From IMG/VR virus record IMGVR_UViG_3300042923_000474, positions 1-64,000 of that record: a stretch of 64,000 nt of DNA, one strand, 5' to 3'. Every line of letters starts with the position of its first letter. Positions within the stretch are counted from its first letter, which is position 1. The translations under genes and the position numbers were made by a program. The notes under the pieces are model-generated. The model was given only the letters and a program-made list of their open reading frames with translations, was not told the origin of the DNA and did no database searches. This document shows, one piece after another, positions 7,832 to 15,815 of this stretch.

Positions 7832-9014
7832 GATTGGCAGTACGAGCGATGTCCACATGGGGCACTTGCGTACGCCCTCCGAACTGATCTCGGAAAACTT
7901 CCAGAAGTATGTGTTGCCGGATAACGCAGTCACCGCAGAGCTGGATCTATTTACCATCTGTGGTGACTTCTGGGACCGCCTTCTGAACCTGCCGGACAAA
8001 GATGCTTACACGGGTCGTATGTTATTGGTCTACATCCTGTTGGTGTGTGCCAAGTACAACATCATCCTACGCATCCTGGAAGGCACGCCCCGTCACGACC
8101 GTAAGCAGTCGCGGATGGTGCAAGAGCTGATTGAACTCATGAAGCTCGATGTTGATTACAAGTACATGGATGGCTGTCAGATCGAGTACATTGAAAAGCT
8201 CGATATTCATGTGCTGTACATTCAGGACGAATACGGTACACCTGACTCTGCATTGGCCGAGTTCAAACGCTTGTTGCATGAGCGGAATTTGGAGAAGGTG
8301 GATATCGCAGTAATGCACGGACAGTTTGAGCATCAACTACCCGACGTGGAAGGTGCCAGACACAAGTGTCACATTGCTCGCGAATATCTGGCGCTGGTGC
8401 GCTACCTGATCCTGATTGGACACGACCACAGGTTCAGCGAGTTTCGTCTCCCTGAGTTTCCTGGCGTCATTATCTCTCATGGTTCTCCCGACCGTTTGAT
8501 TCACGGTGAGGAAGAGCCTAAGGGATCGGTGCGTGTGGTGATCGATGAGAAGGAGAACGTGAATGTTACCTTCGTCGAGAACAAGGGGGCAATGGATTAC
8601 CGTACACTGGATGTACAAGGGCTGTCGACCGACCAAGTGATGGACATGATTACCCAGCTCAAGTTACGAGAGGGGAGTCACATCCGGCTCAAGGGTGACA
8701 TTTTCGATAAAGGACTGCGGATGATTCGTCATCTGCGCAAAGACTTCCCGCAGTACCGTCTGGAACCTTTCCCGATAAAAGAGAAGAAGAGAGAGTTGGA
8801 GGCTGTCAAAACATCCTCGTCTACTTACTCCCCTATCCAAATCGGTGAGACCAACGTTGTGGAGATGACCCGCGTGTGGCTGTTGAACAACGGGCACTCT
8901 GAGACGGAGGTGAAGGACTGTGAGGACTACCTGAATGAGCAAATCAACGCAAGCGCTGGCAGCCAGAGAGCAAGGCCAGTTTCCGATTTCCAAGGGGACC
9001 AGCTTAGCCATTGA
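7812..9014 (+). CDS. sbcD: SbcD/Mre11-like metallophosphoesterase nuclease
   Basis: Motifs SDVH, GDFWD, GTPRHD, MHG and GHDH. Start is ATG 7812 or ATT 7827, not 7734. Confidence 0.85.
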   Translation: MRGCSIKIGSTSDVHMGHLRTPSELISENFQKYVLPDNAVTAELDLFTICGDFWDRLLNLPDKDAYTGRMLLVYILLVCAKYNIILRILEGTPRHDRKQSRMVQELIELMKLDVDYKYMDGCQIEYIEKLDIHVLYIQDEYGTPDSALAEFKRLLHERNLEKVDIAVMHGQFEHQLPDVEGARHKCHIAREYLALVRYLILIGHDHRFSEFRLPEFPGVIISHGSPDRLIHGEEEPKGSVRVVIDEKENVNVTFVENKGAMDYRTLDVQGLSTDQVMDMITQLKLREGSHIRLKGDIFDKGLRMIRHLRKDFPQYRLEPFPIKEKKRELEAVKTSSSTYSPIQIGETNVVEMTRVWLLNNGHSETEVKDCEDYLNEQINASAGSQRARPVSDFQGDQLSH

Positions 9015-9798
9015 GTCGTTGGCTAACATGATCCCCGACCGAGATCACATCAAGCCTACCCCGATCGGACAGATCGACGTGTTGCTGGTAAACATCCGTA
9101 CCATTTACCGCAACATGTTGGGTGGGCTGAAAGCTGCTGCAAAAGAACTGGTGGCTGCTGAGGATCTGCCGGACTACATCTTTCAAGAGATGCAGCAGAT
9201 TCGTACAGCGGTCAGCAAGATCAGCAACAACAAAGTGGAAGCGTACTTCTATCTGTGTACTTACCCGGACTTGAAGAAGCGTTTCCCTAAGGCGATGCTG
9301 ATCGAACCGAATACCCTGAAACAGAAAGCTGCCAAAGCCATGGAAGACCAGGTGATGGCAGCGATGGCTGCAAGCCCTCAACTGTACGGGTATCCAAAGA
9401 TCTTCGAGTATTTTGTAGAAGGCGGTAAACTTGAGAACGAACGGGTGGCTGTTCTGACCCACCTCCCCCTGGACTTGGTAAATCGCTACCAGTTCAAGGA
9501 GATGTATTTGCTAGAGAGCAACACTGGCGCATTCAAAAAGCCCAGCGAGTTCAACAGCAAGTTCAAGGTGAAACCAGAAGGCACTCACCTGCCGTTCTCT
9601 CTGTTTACGCTTCAGATCTTTGGTGACGGAGGCAAGATGTTCATGCCGATGTTGTCTGAGGTCACAAGCTTTGTGGCGGACGTGGCCAAGTCTAATCGCT
9701 GGACCCCACTTACCACAGCGGAGAAGATCAAGTACAACTTGGACAATGCACCGCACAACAAGTTTTCAGTGTTCCTGAAGACATTACTACGCGATTAA
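8935..9798 (+). CDS. Conserved core protein (phiKZ gp66-like); possible degenerate PIN/FEN fold
   Basis: GAGG SD; synteny between SbcD and ChmC; VLLVNIRTIYRN and VLTHLPLDL patterns. Confidence 0.6.
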   Translation: MSKSTQALAAREQGQFPISKGTSLAIESLANMIPDRDHIKPTPIGQIDVLLVNIRTIYRNMLGGLKAAAKELVAAEDLPDYIFQEMQQIRTAVSKISNNKVEAYFYLCTYPDLKKRFPKAMLIEPNTLKQKAAKAMEDQVMAAMAASPQLYGYPKIFEYFVEGGKLENERVAVLTHLPLDLVNRYQFKEMYLLESNTGAFKKPSEFNSKFKVKPEGTHLPFSLFTLQIFGDGGKMFMPMLSEVTSFVADVAKSNRWTPLTTAEKIKYNLDNAPHNKFSVFLKTLLRD

Positions 9799-9861
9799 AC
9801 CACAACCGATCCTGGCTATTGTTTGTGACCCAACACCCCAATTTTTTCAAGGAGCATCGCC

Positions 9862-10590
9862 ATGTCCGGCGGTAACGCAGCCCGTACCAACCTCCCCACC
9901 GCGCTGATTGAATTCCGTCTGCGTTTGACTGCTGACAAATTGCCAGAAGGTCGTAAAAACCCGAACCTGGAAGTGAGCGTCAACAAGAAGAACGAAGTCC
10001 AGATCGGTTGCAACACCGGCATCTTCGGTGCCGACAATGCCATGGTTCGTATCCAGGGTACCATGGGCGCATTGGAGTTCAGCCTCCTGCACATGTACGC
10101 TGAAGACATCCACGCCAAAGAACCCGGCTTCAAGTTCCCGCTGCTCCGCCTGTATGGCCCACGCAAGAAGCGCACTCCGCAAGACGCCGGCAAAGGTCTC
10201 GATGCCGTGGTTCTGGTCGGCAAAGACGCGAATGGCGCTTGTTTCATCTCGGTCATGCGCAAAGATGCTCCGCAGGTCAAGTTCATCTTCCAACCTGGCC
10301 GCTGGACTGAAATGGTTGATGCAACCACCCAGCAACCACTGTCGCAAGCTGAGCTGTCCAACTGGTACTCCCAGGCCTGGGCCCGCACCTTTGCACCGCT
10401 GGTTTCCTACGCCCTGAACGTCAAGGTGTACGACTTCCGCGAAGACAACGACCAGAACGGCGGTGGCCAGAACAACAACGGTCAGCAGAACAATTACCAA
10501 CAGCGCAACAACCAGCAGCAGGCGCCGGCTCAAGCAGCTGCTCCAGCTGGCGGCGACTTCGGCGGCTTCGACGACGACATCCCGCTGTAA
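9862..10590 (+). CDS. chmC: Probable ChmC, nucleus-associated nucleic-acid-binding protein
   Basis: Immediately upstream of the sigma-like nvRNAP subunit; N/Q/G-rich disordered tail ending DDDIPL; AAGGAG SD; strong codon bias. Confidence 0.6.
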   Translation: MSGGNAARTNLPTALIEFRLRLTADKLPEGRKNPNLEVSVNKKNEVQIGCNTGIFGADNAMVRIQGTMGALEFSLLHMYAEDIHAKEPGFKFPLLRLYGPRKKRTPQDAGKGLDAVVLVGKDANGACFISVMRKDAPQVKFIFQPGRWTEMVDATTQQPLSQAELSNWYSQAWARTFAPLVSYALNVKVYDFREDNDQNGGGQNNNGQQNNYQQRNNQQQAPAQAAAPAGGDFGGFDDDIPL

Positions 10591-10601
10591 GAAAGCTTTA
10601 C

Positions 10602-10633
10602 AAATGGTGGGCCCAACGGCCTACCATTTATGC
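10602..10633 (+). terminator. Intrinsic terminator
   Basis: AAATGGTGGGCC-CAAC-GGCCTACCATTT followed by ATGC. Confidence 0.8.
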
Positions 10634-10673
10634 TCCCGAGTTGAAAAGTTGGCATAACGAACAACCAGATTTG

Positions 10674-10695
10674 AAACCTAAATTATCAACGTGAG
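10674..10695 (+). promoter_or_regulatory. Putative early promoter motif, copy 2
   Basis: AAACCTAAATTATCAACGTGAG, 43 nt upstream of the nvRNAP specificity-subunit gene. Confidence 0.65.
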
Positions 10696-10738
10696 CATCC
10701 CCCAAGATGTTCGTAACTGACCAAGGAGCCCACGAACG

Positions 10739-12262
10739 ATGGAGATCTTAATTGAAGGTTATTCTCCTACGGGAGCCTTCAAACGGGTTGCCGTGGTACA
10801 TGACGGCAAAACGATCTCGTGGAACACGCAGACTTATTCCAAGCTGAAGTTCCACAATGCGGCAGTGATCTTTAAAGAGATCAACGAACTCTGGGCTAAG
10901 AAGTCGCCTGAGGTTCAGAAGAAGATCTTCGCAGCTTTTGAGGAGATTCATCAACATCTCACAGAGCCCGAGGATAACCAACAGCAGGTCGAAAGACTGG
11001 GCGTGTTGGTGGCAATTATCTACAAGCACTTTACAGCCAAGGATGCCGAAGATATCGTCAACAGTTTGAACTTGACGTATCCAAGCTCCATGGTGGAAGA
11101 CTACACCAGCATCCCCGACAACGGTCGAACCCATACACGGGCAGACTACCACAGACTGGTTCAGCTGGCGATTCGCCTGCGTCCCATGTTGCCGGTGTTC
11201 GGGCAGTACATCCACACGTTCTTGGATCAGCCGGGCTCCCAGTATCGGGAAACCAGCGCGGTCAAGATCCTGAACGATACAGATGTGCTCAGGATGCCTG
11301 CGGTAGAAAAGCTGGTTGGTTTCATGGAGGCAACTCTCAAGAACTTCCAGCACCAGGACTCAGCTATCTTGGGTGGGAAACTGGGTTCTGCGGAAATGCC
11401 TTACTGGCTGGTCGCCAAGGCTATCTTCCGAAGAATTGCGCCGGGTGAAGTACACAGCGTGGACGATGTTTCTTCGATCATCACCAACGTGTACAACTTT
11501 GTGGTGAAGTCGACGCTCGACTCCATCCCAAGGAACTTTGGCGGCACCAAGAACAAGACCCGCACAACCGAAGGCTCGGGTAAGGATGAAAACGTTTCGT
11601 TGTTGGAGGCGATCCGTATCCGTGAGCAGGTATCGGGTGGTCGTCGGAAGATTGTTGACATCTACTCGCGGAACATCTTGTTCACTGCGCGTCGTGTTGA
11701 TCCGACTGTACCAGAAGACCTCGTGCACGAATGCTGCCGCCCTGACATGGCTCGCATCAGTCGTTCCGTACATCCAGTACAAAAGGTCTTGGCCTGCTGG
11801 GTGATGTCTCGTGGTCAGCCACCGAGCCACTACGACCTGCTCAAACGCGAACCTGTGTACCGCTTCATCGGAGCTGCCCAAGCTCTGCTGTGGCATTGGG
11901 GTTACATGGAACTCGCTGCGCTGATGGAAGCTGCACCTGTGCAGGATCTGACCATGGCTCCCGCTGCTGCTCTCTGGGCACGCGAAGAGCTGAGCAAAGA
12001 AAGACTGGAGCGGTTGCGTGAGCGTTATCCGTACACCACCCAGTTGACCCGTGGTAGCCAAAACCCCGATGAGGCTGTCAAGGGTGTCGTGGAGAATGCT
12101 GAGCTAGCTCGGATGATCCACAGTGAAGAATGGGTCCTGGACAAAGACTCGCGGTTCTACAACATCGTGAACCACAACGAGCATGGACACATCATCCTGT
12201 CCCCAGGTTTCCGCAACACAATCGCTGACCTACAACTCGATGTGTCCTCGGGTACTTGGTAA
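10739..12262 (+). CDS. nvRNAP sigma-like promoter-specificity subunit (phiKZ gp68-like)
   Basis: About 500 aa, positioned between ChmC and PicA upstream of the beta/beta' genes; AAGGAG SD. Assigned mainly by synteny. Confidence 0.7.
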   Translation: MEILIEGYSPTGAFKRVAVVHDGKTISWNTQTYSKLKFHNAAVIFKEINELWAKKSPEVQKKIFAAFEEIHQHLTEPEDNQQQVERLGVLVAIIYKHFTAKDAEDIVNSLNLTYPSSMVEDYTSIPDNGRTHTRADYHRLVQLAIRLRPMLPVFGQYIHTFLDQPGSQYRETSAVKILNDTDVLRMPAVEKLVGFMEATLKNFQHQDSAILGGKLGSAEMPYWLVAKAIFRRIAPGEVHSVDDVSSIITNVYNFVVKSTLDSIPRNFGGTKNKTRTTEGSGKDENVSLLEAIRIREQVSGGRRKIVDIYSRNILFTARRVDPTVPEDLVHECCRPDMARISRSVHPVQKVLACWVMSRGQPPSHYDLLKREPVYRFIGAAQALLWHWGYMELAALMEAAPVQDLTMAPAAALWAREELSKERLERLRERYPYTTQLTRGSQNPDEAVKGVVENAELARMIHSEEWVLDKDSRFYNIVNHNEHGHIILSPGFRNTIADLQLDVSSGTW

Positions 12263-12288
12263 GCAAACATTTTTAAAGGAAAAGTGCT

Positions 12289-13902
12289 ATGAACAAAGGC
12301 GTAAAGATTCTGAGCATTCTGCTGGCCGAAGCCCCACCTTCGCCGCAACTGTACGTTCGCCCATGGGAAGTTAACTGGCGCGATGGCTACACCGATCAGC
12401 TGCTGGAAGCAACCAATGACGGGGCTAACCTGTCGTCTGGTGCAATCCGTCAAGTGGCGACCGAGATGCTGGTACCTGCGGCTGCTCATGGCGGGGCGGT
12501 AAACATCGCCAACGGTTTCGGCTTTACTCGTAGCACCGTCACTCTGGTTGTTGAAACCGAAGACGTCGGTGGTCGCAAGACTCAGGAGATCATCTCCGGC
12601 TACACAGACCACATGGGCATTGGTGGTACCGACACCAACCCAACCTACAACCGTGAAATGCGTTTCTTCTTCAACCACATGGGCACGCTGCAGATCACCA
12701 GCGGTTCTGGCCATGAAGGTTACGGCATGTACCAATTCGGCAATGCCACCGAGATCCTGACGCCGATGACTGGCTGGGATTCCAATGGCGACATCCCGAT
12801 CGTCAACCGTAAGGCAACCACCATGCGTCCGAAAGACGTAATGGCCAGCCTGGGTGAAGGTGCATTCGCCGGCATGGGCGTGCACGATGACAATGGTAGC
12901 AAGTTGAATGGTGCGCCTGTACTGGGTAACACCAGCTATCAGTTCGGTAGCCGCGCCAAGCGCTCCAGCTTCGACAACAACGTATCCTCTGAATTCCTGT
13001 CTCGGGTGTTCACTGGTGTGCGCGACACCATGCTGGACAATGCCACTGATCAACGTCAGTACGGCAACGCCCTGCAAAAGGCAAGCGAGTCGAAGTACAT
13101 CAACGAACCGATGACCTCCAACTCGGCGATGCTGCTGCTGCTGCAACGTCGTAGTCAGTTCCAACAGGAATGGTCGGTCACGTTGGGCGAGCTGCTGAAC
13201 ATCGACCACACGATCACGTCTCGCATCCAGCCGATCAAGATGCGCGTGCAGGATCGTCAGACCGCTGCTGCAATCATGACCAACACTGATGGTTGGGAAT
13301 CGACCAGCTTTGAAGGTCAGGTGGCTCAGCTGGCTACATTGATCATGCCGAATGCAATGTCCAAGTTCGCACTGGGGCATCTGCACTTCATCGCTCACAC
13401 CGAAACCCTCGACGGCTCGGTGGATGTGCGGGTGGTCAACATGGCCGGTATCGCTCAAGGTATCGATCCACGTTCGATCATCAACATGATCAAACAACAC
13501 ATCGCGTTCGAGATCTTCCCGGCGCTGACCATGGGCCGCTTCAAGATCCACATCGAGGCTAACGTCTCGCTGAACCGGATCTCGACCATCACCGTTGGCA
13601 TCAACGGCGGTATCAAGAAGCCGTTCCCAATCGCCAGCTACTGCTCGGCACTGTACAGCCCATGCTTGGCTCCGAACCCGACTGTCTTGGAAAAGGTAGC
13701 AGGGGATTTGAGTGGTGTGGCTTCTCAGTTGACAGCGGCTGCGATGAACCTCGGCCCTGGTCTGATTCACAGTCAGCCACCGGCACAAGTAATGGACTAT
13801 GGAAGTGGCAGCATTGCCTCCACCCCGTTGTCCAATGTTCAATTTACTAACCCAAATGCCGCAGGTCAGATGCCTGGCGGTGGCACTAGCCGCGGGTTCT
13901 GA
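12289..13902 (+). CDS. picA: Probable nuclear-shell protein import factor PicA/Imp1 (phiKZ gp69-like)
   Basis: Directly follows the gp68-like gene in the conserved core block; 537 aa; AAAGGA SD. Confidence 0.6.
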   Translation: MNKGVKILSILLAEAPPSPQLYVRPWEVNWRDGYTDQLLEATNDGANLSSGAIRQVATEMLVPAAAHGGAVNIANGFGFTRSTVTLVVETEDVGGRKTQEIISGYTDHMGIGGTDTNPTYNREMRFFFNHMGTLQITSGSGHEGYGMYQFGNATEILTPMTGWDSNGDIPIVNRKATTMRPKDVMASLGEGAFAGMGVHDDNGSKLNGAPVLGNTSYQFGSRAKRSSFDNNVSSEFLSRVFTGVRDTMLDNATDQRQYGNALQKASESKYINEPMTSNSAMLLLLQRRSQFQQEWSVTLGELLNIDHTITSRIQPIKMRVQDRQTAAAIMTNTDGWESTSFEGQVAQLATLIMPNAMSKFALGHLHFIAHTETLDGSVDVRVVNMAGIAQGIDPRSIINMIKQHIAFEIFPALTMGRFKIHIEANVSLNRISTITVGINGGIKKPFPIASYCSALYSPCLAPNPTVLEKVAGDLSGVASQLTAAAMNLGPGLIHSQPPAQVMDYGSGSIASTPLSNVQFTNPNAAGQMPGGGTSRGF

Positions 13903-13913
13903 TAGGAAGTACC

Positions 13914-15284
13914 ATGGAAAATACATTGGAAAAGACGCTCAACTTCCTGACCGAAATCCTGCAGTCTTTGGGGATGACGGTCAAAGGGCGCTCCATTCTC
14001 ATCGAGGGTGAGGATGGGGAATACGAAATCGAGGTGGATGGCAAGACCTTGGTTCTGCCTACCGAGGAAACGCTCAAGCTGTCGAAGTGGGATAAGGAGA
14101 TTGCCTTCTTCCCGCTCTGCGAAAGCACACTGCGCGGTGAATCGGAAGTGCAGCACGAGCTGCTGTCCATGGTCAAGGGTGCGGTCAACGTGCGTTTGGC
14201 CAGTCTGTTGTGGGAGCTGTTCAAGGTAGCGAACAGCGAGGAATGTAAAGCAAACAAACTCTCGCCAGAACAGGCTGAGTTCCTGCCGCACATTCCAGGG
14301 TTCGACGCCAACATGGTGAAGAACATGGGCAAGCTTGTATTGGGTGTTGATCCCACCGAGTACAAGACCAGCCTGATCCACATGAACCTCAAGCGTCGTA
14401 CCAAGATCAACGGTCAGCCGTTCGATCGTGCGTGCCTGGTTCGTTTCCCATTGGCTGAGATGGAACGCAAGGAGAAGCCATTCGGCGTCGAACTGCGCGT
14501 CAAGGACATGGATGCTCTGCTGAGTCTGCTGGACTACGTGCTGCCTGATTGGCAAATCGAGAACAGCTACAGTCGTGGTACCGACAGCAAGGTTGCTCCG
14601 TATTTCGTGGCGACCCTGATGGCGTACCAGAACATCAATGCTCGCATCACGCTGCTGGCGAAACGCTTCGTGCCAACCTTCCCCAAGTTCGGGGCACTGG
14701 TCAACGAAGACAACTGGGTCGAGTGCATGGATGACCTGCACCGCATGCGTGATTGCATGCCTAACCTGCCGGGTAACGACGGCGCCGTAGTTCGCGGGGG
14801 TGGTAATGGTGGGGATGCTCCTATCATTACCAACGAACCCAAGGTGGCTCGCTCAGCACCCATGCCGACGAAGACGCAGCCGAACCTCCCGTGGGAAGAA
14901 CAGTCGCAGGCTCAATCCGCGCCAGCTCAACCTACGCACCGTGCTCCAGCAGCTGATGACGATGTCGTTGAATACGTTCCTCGTCAGGCTGTCCATCCGC
15001 AGGCGGGACAGATCCCAGTAGGTCATGAACAAACCTACGCAACACCGGGCACTGTCCCAGCAGGCTATGGCAGTACAAACGGCCCAAGCTTTGCCGAGAT
15101 CCAGCGTTCACGTATGCAGGGTCCGGCTTACGCAGCGGTCAACCAACCACCACCTGTCGGCGGCAGCTCCTTTAGCTCCGACTATCGCGGCGCAGATACA
15201 ACCGGCAATGTAAACGGTTACAACGTCGGCTACGTCACACCAGCAGCTAACCAGTACGCTCAGCCAACCGGCCGGGGCTACTGA
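13914..15284 (+). CDS. Conserved core protein (phiKZ gp70-like) with long Pro/Gln/Gly-rich disordered C-terminus
   Basis: Synteny; AGGAAG SD; low-complexity tail. Confidence 0.7.
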   Translation: MENTLEKTLNFLTEILQSLGMTVKGRSILIEGEDGEYEIEVDGKTLVLPTEETLKLSKWDKEIAFFPLCESTLRGESEVQHELLSMVKGAVNVRLASLLWELFKVANSEECKANKLSPEQAEFLPHIPGFDANMVKNMGKLVLGVDPTEYKTSLIHMNLKRRTKINGQPFDRACLVRFPLAEMERKEKPFGVELRVKDMDALLSLLDYVLPDWQIENSYSRGTDSKVAPYFVATLMAYQNINARITLLAKRFVPTFPKFGALVNEDNWVECMDDLHRMRDCMPNLPGNDGAVVRGGGNGGDAPIITNEPKVARSAPMPTKTQPNLPWEEQSQAQSAPAQPTHRAPAADDDVVEYVPRQAVHPQAGQIPVGHEQTYATPGTVPAGYGSTNGPSFAEIQRSRMQGPAYAAVNQPPPVGGSSFSSDYRGADTTGNVNGYNVGYVTPAANQYAQPTGRGY

Positions 15285-15285
15285 C

Positions 15286-15322
15286 GGCATAGCCCCTCCT
15301 CCCGCAAGGGAGGAGGGGAACT
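15286..15322. terminator. Bidirectional terminator between convergent genes
   Basis: GGCATAG followed by CCCCTCCTCCC-GCAA-GGGAGGAGGGG. Confidence 0.8.
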
Positions 15323-15335
15323 ATCACGGCGGTTA

Positions 15336-15686
15336 TTATTTTACCACCTTGCTGCGAGATGTAACGTACAGTCCCTTAAGTCGACTATAAGAGTCGCGTG
15401 TTGGGATGTACAGAACGGTTGTGTCTGGCGAGAAATCGGTTGGACTCTCAATGTCACTCAGTCGCATGATCGCAAAGTGAAACTCAGGATGGAGGTTCTG
15501 AGACGACAGATACCCGTAGAGGTCGTACCGGTATTTGAAGGCTTCGTGTGAATCGACGGCATGCACTTCAAAGCGACCGTCTTGACGGAAGAACGCCCGA
15601 TGAGTTTCGATCATCAGCCGGAAACCGTCTTCGTTTGTAAAGGAGTCTGGCACTGGGGTTGCCAGTTTACGCAAAGGCGATCCCAT
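15336..15686 (-). CDS. Small protein, tentatively tail-X/T4 gp53-like (LysM-like) baseplate component
   Basis: CAGGA SD; YRYDLYGYL...FAIMRLSDIESPTDF...LYIP resembles the gpX/gp53 pattern. Confidence 0.5.
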   Translation of the reverse strand: MGSPLRKLATPVPDSFTNEDGFRLMIETHRAFFRQDGRFEVHAVDSHEAFKYRYDLYGYLSSQNLHPEFHFAIMRLSDIESPTDFSPDTTVLYIPTRDSYSRLKGLYVTSRSKVVK

Positions 15687-15714
15687 GAGTGAGTTCCTGA
15701 GGTAAGGGAATTTG

Positions 15715-15736
15715 AGACCTAGATTATTAAGTTGAA
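15715..15736 (+). promoter_or_regulatory. Putative early promoter motif, copy 3
   Basis: AGACCTAGATTATTAAGTTGAA, upstream of the nvRNAP beta gene. Confidence 0.65.
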
Positions 15737-15815
15737 GGTCGTTTGGCTTTCATAAGTTAGGCTTTGATTACAGCGAGCACTTCAGTCGCCGTGGTCAAAA
15801 GGAGATAGGAACAAT

